In this document: positions 24,655 to 34,158 of the stretch, piece by piece
Numbering within the stretch: the stretch's first letter is position 1
Layout: every line of letters begins with the position of its first letter
IMG/VR virus record: IMGVR_UViG_3300032274_000021
Length of the DNA stretch: 38,172 nucleotides
Origin: a virus
Direction: 5' to 3' (one strand)
Position numbers and translations under genes: made by a program
Notes under the pieces: model-generated
The model's database searches: none
What the model was told of the DNA's origin: nothing
The model's input: the letters and a program-made list of their open reading frames with translations, nothing else

Positions 24655-25335
24655 TCAATCGCCCGCCAGATGGGCGATCACTGTATCCAGCAGCTGCGAT
24701 CTGTCCTTCGCCGTCATGCCCAGCAATTCGCGCCGTTCATATCGGGTTTCCCGTGCATGGCGGGCTGGCCTGTCCCGCAGGCCGAACTGGTGAACAGATG
24801 CCACTGCGGCAACCCGCCCGGCAAAGCCAATCCATGCTTCATGATCGTTCTGGCCAGTGTGCAAAATGCCGCTGCGCCGGATCTTGCGAAACATGGCCCG
24901 GTCCCGCACGCGGCGGCGATTCCTGATCTTGCCGCCACCGGCATTGTCTTCTTCCGGGTCAACGCGCAGCCATTTGATCACCTTGTCAAATTCAAAGCTG
25001 CGCAATCCGCGCGCTTCCCGGTCATACCCGGTGAAGATTGGCCCCTGTTTCACCCAGCTTTTCATAAAGACCAGGCGCGGCGGTCCACTGCCGCCCGATG
25101 GATAGAGGAATTTGACCGCGTAATTGCCCGGTACAGGTTCCGTGGGTGGTTTGCGCGCGGCAAAGCCAGACCCATCCGGGTTGCGTTGCGCCGCGATGCG
25201 TTGCTGGTTGGACCGGCGCATGGTGGTGGCCACCTGCCGGAACAGGCGGCGGCGCGCGGGTGCATCCAGCGATTTCAGCATCCCGCCAACGAAACTTTCC
25301 AGTTCTGCCAGATCGCCAGTTTCGGCGCGGGCCAT
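24655..25335 (-). CDS. gpS: Tail completion / virion morphogenesis protein S
   Basis: FVGGMLKSLDAPARRRLFRQVATTMRRSNQQRIAAQRNPDGSGF follows the P2 gpS family pattern. Confidence 0.8.
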   Translation of the reverse strand: MARAETGDLAELESFVGGMLKSLDAPARRRLFRQVATTMRRSNQQRIAAQRNPDGSGFAARKPPTEPVPGNYAVKFLYPSGGSGPPRLVFMKSWVKQGPIFTGYDREARGLRSFEFDKVIKWLRVDPEEDNAGGGKIRNRRRVRDRAMFRKIRRSGILHTGQNDHEAWIGFAGRVAAVASVHQFGLRDRPARHARETRYERRELLGMTAKDRSQLLDTVIAHLAGD

Positions 25336-25338
25336 GCC

Positions 25339-25842
25339 TTAACCCCCTTCGTACCCGGCCAGCAATTCCTTCAACGGGCCGCCGGGGGCGTAAATCTGGC
25401 GCAGCAGGGCCACGGGATCAGTCATGGGTTCCAGATCGGGCATGGGCGGTTCAGCGCGAAAGCTGGCCTGATAGCGGTCTGCATCATCGGCCAGAATGTC
25501 AATTGCCTCACTCAATGGCAGGGAAATCTGCACATCCACCGCCTGATTATCCACCGGGTCCACTTCAAAAGTAATGCCATCCACCCCGGTCTGATGGTTC
25601 TGGATCAATTCGCGCTGGTTGGCGCGTATCCACAGCGCCAGCGGCAGCATGATCTGGGCGGGGTCACCGCGATAATTCAGCAGCACAATGTCCACTGTGT
25701 ATCGATATTCAAAGCCCAGATTGTCCCCATCGCGCAGGGCCAGCGTGCCCTTGGTCACATACAGCGCCAGCGCATCTGGTTCGCGCGCCAGTTCGGGCAG
25801 GGCCGCGGTCAAATGGGTGCGCAGGCTGGCCGGTTTCTGCAT
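25339..25842 (-). CDS. gpR: Tail completion protein R
   Basis: MQKPASLRTHLTAALPELAREPDAL...YRYTVDIVLLNY follows the P2 GpR pattern. Confidence 0.8.
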   Translation of the reverse strand: MQKPASLRTHLTAALPELAREPDALALYVTKGTLALRDGDNLGFEYRYTVDIVLLNYRGDPAQIMLPLALWIRANQRELIQNHQTGVDGITFEVDPVDNQAVDVQISLPLSEAIDILADDADRYQASFRAEPPMPDLEPMTDPVALLRQIYAPGGPLKELLAGYEGG

Positions 25843-25846
25843 CAGA

Positions 25847-26068
25847 TCAATCCCACAGCTTTATGATATCGCGTTCCGGGGTGAATGCCTGTGGCAGAAC
25901 GGGCAGGGTGATCACCTGCCCTTCCACCAGAATTGGCCCCTGATCGGCCAGATCACGGTTCAGTTCCAATGCCTGTTCCACAATCCCTTCTGTCCGCCCC
26001 ATCACGCGCCAGCACAGCGCATCCAGCGTTTCATTCTGGTGGGCAGTGGCGGTAAAGGTGGCGGCCAT
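25847..26068 (-). CDS. gpX: Tail protein X (LysM-like)
   Basis: HQNETLDALCWRVMGRTEGIVEQALELNRDLADQGPILVEGQVITLP is typical of gpX. Confidence 0.85.
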   Translation of the reverse strand: MAATFTATAHQNETLDALCWRVMGRTEGIVEQALELNRDLADQGPILVEGQVITLPVLPQAFTPERDIIKLWD

Positions 26069-26544
26069 CAGATCAGTTCAACCGCAGTGCGGCCAACGCC
26101 CTTGATATCACGGATGGCATGGATGGCGTTACGGCGATGATCCTCTGCGCTCATGTCCAGCACTTCAGACCGGGTCTGGCCAGTGCCGGTGGCGGTCAAA
26201 TCACCATGCGTTTCCCGCAAATCTGCCGTGGCGTAAGAATAGATGGCGCGCCGCCACAGATGGACTAGGCGGCTTTCCCCGCCAATCTGATCGGCCGGCA
26301 CATCTGCCAGCGCCGCATAGGTGGCCAGTTCCTGCGCCGCACGCCACAGGGCCAGATCGCCATCCACGGCCAGAACCGCGCCCAGCAATGATTGTTTCAC
26401 CCGATCATCAGGGATCAGCGTGCCGCCGATCCGCTGTGCATCGCGGAAATGGTTCACATCCACATCGGGCCAGAACGGCCCGCAGGAAAGCACTGTGCCT
26501 GGCGCAGTGGCATCTGGGGTGGGGGAGGATATGAAGCCAGCCAT
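26068..26544 (-). CDS. gpL: Head completion/stabilisation protein L
   Basis: FWPDVDVNHFRDAQRIGGTLIPDDRVKQSLLGAV follows the gpL pattern, and the gene lies after M. Confidence 0.8.
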   Translation of the reverse strand: MAGFISSPTPDATAPGTVLSCGPFWPDVDVNHFRDAQRIGGTLIPDDRVKQSLLGAVLAVDGDLALWRAAQELATYAALADVPADQIGGESRLVHLWRRAIYSYATADLRETHGDLTATGTGQTRSEVLDMSAEDHRRNAIHAIRDIKGVGRTAVELI

Positions 26545-26732
26545 CAGCTATCCAGCCAGTACAGTTTCTGCTGTTCTGTCAGTTCGATAGCGTCATGGTC
26601 ATCGAATGCAGCATAGCGGGTGTATCCGGGCGGCATTTTGGCGATGTTCACCTTGTCGATTTCCGTCAGTTCGATGGCGATAGGCTGGCCCGGTTCGACT
26701 TCGTACCATGTGCTTCCGACCTTCACCCGCAT
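26544..26732 (-). CDS. Hypothetical protein (62 aa) inserted between M and L
   Basis: A strong Shine-Dalgarno sequence (caGGAGGAtcaaATG) precedes MRVKVGSTWYEV. Confidence 0.6.
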   Translation of the reverse strand: MRVKVGSTWYEVEPGQPIAIELTEIDKVNIAKMPPGYTRYAAFDDHDAIELTEQQKLYWLDS

Positions 26733-26833
26733 TTGATCCTCCTGAAGAAAGTGGGGGGTGGGGATCGGGATCATCGGCGTGGGCGAACCTGCCTTGATCC
26801 GTCACCGCCCCCCGGCGCCGGTGGGCGAGCTGA

Positions 26834-27616
26834 TTATTCTTCTTCGTCCGTCACTTCGCCTTCCTGGGCGGAAGGCGGATTCTTGTTCATCCATGAAACC
26901 AGGCGTTCAATTTCCTTTTTCACGCCGATTTTCGGGGCCAGCGCCAATGCGCGGCGCAGCGATTCCAGCGCCTGTGTACGGGCATGGCGCTGGGCACCGG
27001 CCACGGCGGTTTCGCCTTTGTCAGCCTCGGCATCAGCTTCACGGATCAATTGCAGGCCAATGGCCTTGTGCAGTTTGGCGCGGGCCACATCGGGCATATC
27101 AAATGGTTCGGTCAGCTGGGCGGTGCGCAGCAATGTTTGCAGGTCATAATCCTGATCCTGGCCAATCGCGGCAAGGGCCGCAGTGGCGATTTCTTCTGCC
27201 ACCACGCAGGCGGGTGTTCGCTGGAACCGTTCGGGCATCCGCAGGCCAAAGCGCAAAACATGTTCGGCAATGTCCAGCGCAGTGACAGTGGCCCCGATAT
27301 CGATGTGCCACAGCATGATGGTGGCCAGCAGTTCATCCTGCACCGCCTTGCCGGTTTCAGTCGCGGCTTCCAGCGTGGCGTTCACATGTGGCTGATAGCG
27401 GGCGATCATATCCCGTTTCGCCGCAATCTTGGCTTCGGTGGACTGGATATCGCGCAGGCGGGCCATATCTTCCCCCAGCGCGGCCAGCAGCAATTCATAT
27501 TCGGTGGCCTCTGCGCCGGAATGCTGGCGATCAGGTGCGACATCACCAGAAGAACCACTTTCAACTGCCTTTGCAGCAAGCTTTTTCTGGCGATGGCGTA
27601 GAGCGGGACTGAACAT
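26834..27616 (-). CDS. gpM: Terminase small (endonuclease) subunit M
   Basis: It sits after the capsid gene as in the P2 GpM family and has a strong Shine-Dalgarno sequence (caGGAGG). Confidence 0.8.
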   Translation of the reverse strand: MFSPALRHRQKKLAAKAVESGSSGDVAPDRQHSGAEATEYELLLAALGEDMARLRDIQSTEAKIAAKRDMIARYQPHVNATLEAATETGKAVQDELLATIMLWHIDIGATVTALDIAEHVLRFGLRMPERFQRTPACVVAEEIATAALAAIGQDQDYDLQTLLRTAQLTEPFDMPDVARAKLHKAIGLQLIREADAEADKGETAVAGAQRHARTQALESLRRALALAPKIGVKKEIERLVSWMNKNPPSAQEGEVTDEEE

Positions 27617-27768
27617 CGAATTGCCTCCTGAATGGTGCCCGCTCTATCCGGCGGCGGGCGCTGGCGCTGGCTGATGCGACTGCTTCAGTCGCGGCCTCCC
27701 AGCTATGCGTCTGGCTCTTGCCTCACCGCCCCGGATGGCAGGGTCAGGCCGTCAACGCCTCTCAAGTA

Positions 27769-28884
27769 TTACGGGGCCGGGCGGGCAGCAGCTGCGCCAA
27801 GCGTGATGTTTTCGACCAGGACAACAAGTTCGTAGTCTTCAACCACGTAATCCATGTTGACGCTTTCGTAATTGGCGATCCGGTCATAATCGGGTTCATC
27901 CACCAGACGGCGGCGGCGCGTGCCTTCCTGATTGTAGATCGACAGATTATCGAGCCGGGTGATCAGAACGGCATTGGCCGGGAAGTATGGCACCTGCACA
28001 GCGGGCAGGCCGCCCAGCGTTTTGGTGGAACGCAGGATGCGGTCGGTTGCTTCCACTTCCGTGGCCGTTGCGCCAGTGTTCTGGGCGATGCTGAAAAGCT
28101 TGTCATCCACCAGATCGGCACCGACGATCACAACCAGTTCAGTGTCGCGGCGGTGCCATTCAGGCATCATCCGCTTGGCATCCAGAACCAGCGCATCCAG
28201 CGACGAATAATCGGCTTCGCCGGTGATGGCATTGTCCAGATTGGCGTCATACAGCGTGGCATCCGCCTTGACGAAAATCGCCTTCAGCGCATCATCATTG
28301 CTGCCATCGCTGTGGACGGTCAGATTGCCATCATCGAAAACCTGGGCGGGGGCCGTGGTGCGAATTTTATGCAGCCAGCCTTCAGCCAAATCCTGCAACA
28401 GCGGATAGGTGACGATATCGGTGGTGGCGGCGCGACTTGTGCCGTTCCAGCCAGCCATGATCAGATCGCGGCCCTGCTGTTTCAGGATCGCCATTGCCAG
28501 CAGGCGTTCAAAATCGGGCTTGTGCCGCCATGCATCCAGCTTGTCATACCGGCGCGACCAGTCGAAATTGGTCTGCAAGCAATTGTAAGTGTTGGATTCG
28601 CCATTATCGGTCGGATCGGACGGATTGCGGCGCGTGCCGCCAGATGTATCCGTGCGCGATGCGATAGGGCGGGTGCTTTCCAGCGCCAGCGTCTGGCCGC
28701 TTTGCTGCGGCACATTTTCAATGTTGATCAGGCCAAGGAATTCAATGGTTTCCTTCAGCTTTTCTTCAAAACGCTGTTCAACCACCGGATCGACGGCGAA
28801 AGTCTGGGCGGGGACTTCGATCGAGTTCAACAGGGCGATGGTCGAAACATAGCTGTTGAACAGAACGCGGGTTTTGGGATTCAT
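27769..28884 (-). CDS. gpN: Major capsid protein N (P2 family)
   Basis: The N-terminus is MNPKTRVLFNSYVSTIALLN... (371 aa), and the gene lies between the scaffold and M genes. Confidence 0.9.
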   Translation of the reverse strand: MNPKTRVLFNSYVSTIALLNSIEVPAQTFAVDPVVEQRFEEKLKETIEFLGLINIENVPQQSGQTLALESTRPIASRTDTSGGTRRNPSDPTDNGESNTYNCLQTNFDWSRRYDKLDAWRHKPDFERLLAMAILKQQGRDLIMAGWNGTSRAATTDIVTYPLLQDLAEGWLHKIRTTAPAQVFDDGNLTVHSDGSNDDALKAIFVKADATLYDANLDNAITGEADYSSLDALVLDAKRMMPEWHRRDTELVVIVGADLVDDKLFSIAQNTGATATEVEATDRILRSTKTLGGLPAVQVPYFPANAVLITRLDNLSIYNQEGTRRRRLVDEPDYDRIANYESVNMDYVVEDYELVVLVENITLGAAAARPAP

Positions 28885-28930
28885 GGGATTGTTCCTTCAG
28901 CGGATATCGATTGCGCGCGGATCGTGATGG

Positions 28931-29770
28931 TCAGAATTCGGCCTTGATGGCGTCACCGCCGCCAGTGCCGGTGGGGCGGGTGCGGTAACTGTCAGGCTTC
29001 GTTTTTTCGATGGCAGCAGACAGGGTGGAAACGTCTTCAGTCAGCTTGCCGATCTTGGCCGCTGTGGCATCATTCGATGCCTTGAAGGCGGCTTCCAGCT
29101 TGCCCAGACCTTCAGCCATGACAGTGGCAAATTGTGCCATCTGGTCAGTCTGCGCCGGTTCCGCAGGTGTGGTGGCTGGGGCGGCAGGTTGGGCCGTTTC
29201 CGGCTTTGCCATGTCGGTGAAGAATTTCTTCATCGCGGCGAAGGCACCTGCCGCCTCGCTGGTTGCGGCTGCTTCCTCTTCAAATTCGACCGCGAAGGGA
29301 TCGGACAGCGCAATCAGGTTTTCCTTGCGCGCTTCATCGCGCGTGCTGAATTGCAGGATTTCAGTGCCCAGGCTGGCCGGGCTGTCAGTCAGCGCCATGC
29401 CCACCAGGTAAGCCTTGCCGGTATTGGCAAAGTTGGGATTGATTTCGACGCTGGAAAAAACCTTCTGATCAGCCTTTGTCAGTTCTTTCGCCTGATCGTT
29501 CACGTCAAAGCTGGCATAGAGGGCCAGGCGTTTTTCATCCTTGCCGCCAATCTTCAGCGTGATTTCTTCCGTCTTCACCGCATCGATCGATCCATAGGAA
29601 TTGAAGGGCGGTTCGGGCGAATAGCCGCGCAGATGTTCGCAATTGATGCGCGCGGTATAGGTTGCGCGGTCATAGGTGGCGGCCATCTGTTCGATATGGG
29701 CGCGTTCGATCTTGCGACCGTCAACGGTATCGCCTTCAACGGCAACGCGGAAGAACTTGGATTTGGCCAT
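28931..29770 (-). CDS. gpO: Capsid scaffolding protein O
   Basis: MAKSKFFRVAVEGDTVDGRKIERAHIEQMAATYD... is typical of GpO. Confidence 0.9.
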   Translation of the reverse strand: MAKSKFFRVAVEGDTVDGRKIERAHIEQMAATYDRATYTARINCEHLRGYSPEPPFNSYGSIDAVKTEEITLKIGGKDEKRLALYASFDVNDQAKELTKADQKVFSSVEINPNFANTGKAYLVGMALTDSPASLGTEILQFSTRDEARKENLIALSDPFAVEFEEEAAATSEAAGAFAAMKKFFTDMAKPETAQPAAPATTPAEPAQTDQMAQFATVMAEGLGKLEAAFKASNDATAAKIGKLTEDVSTLSAAIEKTKPDSYRTRPTGTGGGDAIKAEF

Positions 29771-29855
29771 GACAGGCAGCTCCTGGGATCAGTTTCGGGT
29801 GAGCGTCTGGCACCCATTCCGCACTGAACCGGCCCATTCGGGCAACGCCACCCGC

Positions 29856-29876
29856 TTGTGATGCCGTGCACCACAA
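29856..29876. promoter_or_regulatory. Late-promoter palindrome copy 3 (TTGTGATGCCGTGCACCACAA), between the divergent O... and P-Q operons
   Basis: It was read directly. The dyad centre is 59 nt from the ATG at 29925 and 96 nt from the gpO ATG. Confidence 0.65.
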
Positions 29877-29924
29877 ATGGCGCGCGATGATTGGCTGCAC
29901 GCGCGCCCGCACCATGCGCGCGAT

Positions 29925-31736
29925 ATGCCAGAACCCACCATGCCTGTTCCCATCCCATATGACGCGCGAAGGATTGCGCGCGGGTATTACTGGCGGGGCT
30001 GGGGCGTCACCGAACTGGCGCGGGAAATGGGGCTGAAACCCACCACGGTGCAAAGCTGGAAAGAACGCGACGGGTGGGATGATGACCCGGTAATCCGCCG
30101 CGTGGAAGACAGCCTGGAAATGCGGATGAACCAGCTGATCTTCAAGGAAAGCAAGAGCGGCCATGATTTCAAGGAAATTGACCTGCTGGGCCGCCAGATC
30201 GAACGTATGGCCCGCGTGCGCCGGTACGAGGCACCGGGCGGCCATGAAGGCGATCTGAACCCCAAGGTCGCCAATCGCAACGCCGCACCCAAAAAGAAGG
30301 CAGCGAAAAACCTGATCACGCCGGATGAAGTGATCCAGCTGCGCGATGCGCTGAAGGATCTGTGTTTCGGATATCAGGATACATGGTGGCAGAACGTATC
30401 GCGCCGCACACGTTTCCTGCTGAAAAGCCGCCAGATCGGCGCGACATTCTACTTCGCGCTGGAAGCATTGGTGCGCGGGCTGGAAACCGGCAACAACCAG
30501 ATATTCATTTCCGCCAGCAGGGCGCAGGCGAATAATTTCCGCAGCTATATCATCCAGTTCGTGTTCAAGGTGCTGGGCAAGGATTTGAAGGGCGAACATC
30601 TGACCATCCAGCGCGGGGAAAGCGAGGATGGGGAGGCGCTGGAACCCTTCACCATGTATTTCCTGGGCACCAATTATCGCACAGCCCAAAGCTATCACGG
30701 TGATGTCTATATCGATGAAGTTTTCTGGATTTACGGCTTTGACCAGCTGAACAAGGTCGCATCTGCGATGGCTTCGCAGAAACGGTATCACAAAACGTAT
30801 TTTTCAACGCCCAGCACCATCAACCATGAAGCCTATCCCATGTGGAGCGGCGAACGGTTCAACAAACGCCGCCCGAAGAACGAACAGATCAAGATCGATA
30901 TCGGGCACAAGGTGCTGAAGGATGGCAAATCCGGCGCTGACCGCATCTGGCGGCACATCGTCAACATTCACGATGCAGAGGAACAGGGCTGTGACCTGTT
31001 CGACATTGAAGAACTGAAATTTGAATATTCAGTCGATGAATTCAACAATCTGTTCCTGTGTGACTTTGTCGATGACAGCCAGTCCAGCTTCCCCTTGGCA
31101 TTGGTGCAGCCATGCATGGTTGATAGCTGGGATGTGTGGAAGGATTTCCAGCCATACGCACTGCGCCCCTTTGCCGATGGCGAAGTGTGGATTGGTTATG
31201 ACCCCGCCGAAAGCGAAGATGGCGACAATGCCAGCTGCGTTGTGGTGGCTCCGCCAGCGGGTGGCAAGGGTAAATTCCGGGTGCTGGAAAAGCTGACATG
31301 GAAGGGCAAGGATTACGAAGCGCAGGCCGCTGAAATCCGCAAGCTGACCCGCAAATATCGCGTCACCGAAATTGCGATTGATGGCACCGGCATGGGATCG
31401 GCAGTCTATCAGCTGGTGTCCAAATTCTTCCCGATGGCGCGGCGGATCGATTATTCACCGTTGGTCAAGACGCAGATGGTGCTGAAGGCCAAGAACGTCT
31501 TCAGCAAAAGGCGGATCGAATTCGATTCCGGGTGGACCGATCTGGCCCGCGCCCTGATGTCGATCCATCCCCAGCTGACCAAGGGTCAAAAGCATATCAC
31601 CTATGTCGCGCGGCGCAGTGCGGAAACCGGCCACGGCGATCTGGCCTGGGCGCTGCTGCACGCGCTTTTCTGTGAACCAATGGATGCCACTGATGGTGGC
31701 GGCATCCGCAAATCCAGTGTGGAGGTCAACCGATGA
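29925..31736 (+). CDS. gpP: Terminase large (ATPase) subunit P
   Basis: It follows the P2 GpP pattern (LLKSRQIGATFYFALEAL is Walker A-like; VYIDEVFW is Walker B). The start is uncertain (29925 or 29940). The track start at 29877 abuts the palindrome. Confidence 0.9.
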   Translation: MPEPTMPVPIPYDARRIARGYYWRGWGVTELAREMGLKPTTVQSWKERDGWDDDPVIRRVEDSLEMRMNQLIFKESKSGHDFKEIDLLGRQIERMARVRRYEAPGGHEGDLNPKVANRNAAPKKKAAKNLITPDEVIQLRDALKDLCFGYQDTWWQNVSRRTRFLLKSRQIGATFYFALEALVRGLETGNNQIFISASRAQANNFRSYIIQFVFKVLGKDLKGEHLTIQRGESEDGEALEPFTMYFLGTNYRTAQSYHGDVYIDEVFWIYGFDQLNKVASAMASQKRYHKTYFSTPSTINHEAYPMWSGERFNKRRPKNEQIKIDIGHKVLKDGKSGADRIWRHIVNIHDAEEQGCDLFDIEELKFEYSVDEFNNLFLCDFVDDSQSSFPLALVQPCMVDSWDVWKDFQPYALRPFADGEVWIGYDPAESEDGDNASCVVVAPPAGGKGKFRVLEKLTWKGKDYEAQAAEIRKLTRKYRVTEIAIDGTGMGSAVYQLVSKFFPMARRIDYSPLVKTQMVLKAKNVFSKRRIEFDSGWTDLARALMSIHPQLTKGQKHITYVARRSAETGHGDLAWALLHALFCEPMDATDGGGIRKSSVEVNR

Positions 31737-32743
31737 ATGCTCAAGTGAAGAAGGCGGAGGGCAAAGTCACCGCCTTTGCGCTGGATGATGCCGTCAGCGT
31801 GATGGAGCGGCGCGATCTGTTGGGCTATGTCGAATGCTGGTGGAATGGCCGCTGGTATGAACCGCCGGTGCGGCCCAAGCACCTTTCGCAGCTGTTGCAG
31901 GCCAGCGCCCATCATGGCAGCGCCATCCGCGTAAAGCGGAACCTGCTGGTCAAGCATTTCCTGCCGCACAGCCTGTTCATCCGGGATGAATTTGCCCGTT
32001 TCGTGCTGGATTTTCTGGTGATGGGCAATGCCTATCTGGAAAACGTGCCGAACATTGCCGGGCGCACCGCCATGCTGAAGAACAGCCTGGCCATCAACAC
32101 ACGGCGCGGCAAGGATGGGGTTTACTGGTTTGTCGAAAAATTCACCGATCCCCATCAGTTTGAACCGGGGCGCATCCTGCACCTGACCGAACATGACGTG
32201 TCGCAGGAATTGTATGGCAAGCCGGAATATCTTTCTGCCGTTCAGTCGCTGTTGCTCAATGAAAATGCCACGCTGTTCCGCCGCCGCTATTACCTCAATG
32301 GCGCGCATGCGGGCTTTGTCTTCTATCTCTCCGAAACGTCCATGACCGATGCGGATACCGATGCGATCAGGAAGGCGCTGCGCGATGCCCAGGGCAAGGG
32401 GAATTTCCGCAACCTGTTCCTGCACGCGCCGGGCGGAAAGAAAGACGGGGTGCAGATCATCCCCATCAGCGAAGTCGCGGCCAAGGATGAATTTCTGAAC
32501 ATCAAGAACGTGACGCGCGATGATATTCTGGCCGCGCACCGCGTGCCGCCGCAGCTGCTGGGCGTGATCCCGCAGACCGCCGGTGGCTTTGGCGATGTGC
32601 GCACCGCCAATGACGTGTTCTTCGCCAATGAAATCGAACCGCTGATGGAACGGTTGAAGGAAGTGAACGAAATGCTGGGGCAGGAAGTGGTTCGGTTTTC
32701 CGAATATCAGCCTGCCAATGGCGCTAGTGGCTCCGCGCCCTGA
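31733..32743 (+). CDS. gpQ: Portal protein Q
   Basis: It resembles PBSX/P2-family portals, is 336 aa long, and overlaps the gpP stop (ATGA). Confidence 0.9.
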   Translation: MNAQVKKAEGKVTAFALDDAVSVMERRDLLGYVECWWNGRWYEPPVRPKHLSQLLQASAHHGSAIRVKRNLLVKHFLPHSLFIRDEFARFVLDFLVMGNAYLENVPNIAGRTAMLKNSLAINTRRGKDGVYWFVEKFTDPHQFEPGRILHLTEHDVSQELYGKPEYLSAVQSLLLNENATLFRRRYYLNGAHAGFVFYLSETSMTDADTDAIRKALRDAQGKGNFRNLFLHAPGGKKDGVQIIPISEVAAKDEFLNIKNVTRDDILAAHRVPPQLLGVIPQTAGGFGDVRTANDVFFANEIEPLMERLKEVNEMLGQEVVRFSEYQPANGASGSAP

Positions 32744-33434
32744 TTGCTTCGGCTCGGCCCAACAGTAATGCCCGTTCTTCCGGTTCGGCTAGTGTAAGCG
32801 CCTCGGCAAGTGTCGTTGCGTTTTCGTTGAACTGGCGGCGACCGTGGATGACATAGAACAGGTCGATTCCTTGGTTCATCAGGCGCAGCCAGTCACCATT
32901 GCGACTGAACCGCTTAACCAGCCCATCGCGCATTAGCTTGATCGCGCGTAGTTGGTTGTCGCTGAATATACCTGTGGCAGCGAACGCAAACCCTTCATTG
33001 CGTTCGTGCCAATGGGCGATTTCTTCCAGCAGGCGTTCGGCCTGTGTTGCGGGAACAACCGGCTGCTGCATGGGAGCATTGATGTCATCAAGCAGCGGTT
33101 GGGGTGGGGGATACTGCCCCCATTTGCGTATCGATGGCAGGACATCAGTGAACAGCCAACGTGCAAATGCCTTAGCTTCTGCCTTTCGACTGTTTAGTGT
33201 TAATGCATAGACACCAGCCTCATTGATGATGTTCATCCGTCGCCGCTGCCCGGACCTGCCCTCCCTAATGGTTAGGTCAGCTTTTTGATAATCTTCGAGT
33301 CGGTTCGCGAGTTTCGTTGGATTGGATAGCCCAAGGGCTGCCGCAACGTCTGCTAGCACCCACCATGGTTCACCGTCGCGCATCACCATGCGAACATCCG
33401 CGGCCTCGAAATGCAGCGGGATGAGGGCGCTCAT
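32724..33434 (-). CDS. Bro-N domain protein, a putative prophage antirepressor
   Basis: The N-terminus FEAADVRMVMRDGEPWWVLADVAAALGLSNPTKLANRLEDYQK...INEAGVYALTLNSRKAEAKAFARWLFTDVLPSIRKWG matches the Bro-N family. Its 3' end overlaps the gpQ 3' end by 20 bp. Confidence 0.75.
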   Translation of the reverse strand: MSALIPLHFEAADVRMVMRDGEPWWVLADVAAALGLSNPTKLANRLEDYQKADLTIREGRSGQRRRMNIINEAGVYALTLNSRKAEAKAFARWLFTDVLPSIRKWGQYPPPQPLLDDINAPMQQPVVPATQAERLLEEIAHWHERNEGFAFAATGIFSDNQLRAIKLMRDGLVKRFSRNGDWLRLMNQGIDLFYVIHGRRQFNENATTLAEALTLAEPEERALLLGRAEAIRARSH

Positions 33435-33541
33435 TTCGACTGCACTGGTTGATTCAATCCCTTCTGGATTAGCTGACGGATGGCTTCTGCCCGCGACGCA
33501 ACGCGATGCTTGAAACGATAATCGTCGATCTTCTCGAACTA
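33431..33541 (-). pseudogene. Ribbon-helix-helix (CopG/Arc-like) gene remnant with no start codon, preceded by an in-frame TAG
   Basis: The frame reads (TAG)FEKIDDYRFKHRVASRAEAIRQLIQKGLNQPVQSK*. Its TGA overlaps the Bro ATG (ATGA). No ATG, GTG or TTG is available after the TAG. Confidence 0.4.
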
Positions 33542-33582
33542 GTCAGTCAGTATAGCGCCGCCGCCTGAAAAGGCGGTGGTTG

Positions 33583-33750
33583 CTATGCGCCAGATCGCCG
33601 GGGCTTCGGCACCTGCATCTTGGACGCAAGTGCCCGTATCTCTTGCCGCCGCGATCGGTGGACGAAAACTTGCACCTGAACAACGCCGGATGACGCTTTG
33701 CGCGCGCGGTATGCGGCCTGCCGCTGTGCATTGGTGACATCGAATGACAT
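33583..33750 (-). CDS. 55-aa hypothetical basic protein (MSFDVTNAQRQAAYRARKASSGVVQVQVFVHRSRRQEIRALASKMQ...), first ORF of the antirepressor operon
   Basis: This ORF is not in the supplied track (<60 aa). It lies downstream of the paired 13-bp repeats and a GGGAAG Shine-Dalgarno-like sequence. Its pattern resembles small CopB/RepB-like regulators. Confidence 0.35.
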   Translation of the reverse strand: MSFDVTNAQRQAAYRARKASSGVVQVQVFVHRSRRQEIRALASKMQVPKPRRSGA

Positions 33751-33787
33751 AGATCGATCTTCCCGAATATGGCGAGCGGCATCACTT

Positions 33788-33835
33788 CGTTACTAGTTGC
33801 ATCGGCCATGCACAAGAATGACCGTTACTAGTTGC
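33788..33835. promoter_or_regulatory. Two perfect 13-bp direct repeats, CGTTACTAGTTGC (33788-33800 and 33823-33835), a candidate operator pair for the antirepressor operon
   Basis: The repeats were read directly and are spaced 35 bp apart. On the minus strand they flank or overlap a TTGTGC-N17-TAACGA promoter-like element upstream of the 55-aa ORF. Confidence 0.5.
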
Positions 33836-34158
33836 CCGTAGATCGCCTGCAGGGTCGCTTTCAGCGCGCCACCTATCCGGCGCTCCCCGGCCTCATTGAC
33901 CTGCCGTATTCGCGCCCAGCGCCCGCCCTGATGCCGTTTTCAGGTATCCCCGGCGCTGAACCCCGCGCGCCGCGCTCTGCTCCCCCCCTCGCCTGCACGC
34001 TTTGTGTATCGAAATTCATGCAGTTGCCCAGATATCGCGCAGCCGCAGCATCCCTGGCTTTGCGCAGGTTATTCATAACGCTTGGAAAAATGCGAAATTC
34101 AGCACGGAAGTTCTAATCCGAAGCCGTGTTTCGAACATTCGCTTGTCGACCTGATGAT

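Noticed and set aside
33543-33815. The 90-aa minus-strand ORF in the track, which starts with TTG
   Set aside because: Its composition is Arg/Cys/His-rich, and it starts inside the operator repeats. A 55-aa ATG-initiated ORF in another frame (33583-33750), with better context and a regulator-like sequence, is preferred.
33832-34116. ORFs of 94 aa (plus strand) and 67 aa (minus strand, 33873-34076) in the non-coding region
   Set aside because: Their products are Pro/Ala/Arg/Gly-rich and low in complexity, they have no Shine-Dalgarno sequence, they overlap each other on opposite strands, and they carry no recognisable motif. I cannot exclude a short real gene at the MNNLRKARDAAAARYL start.
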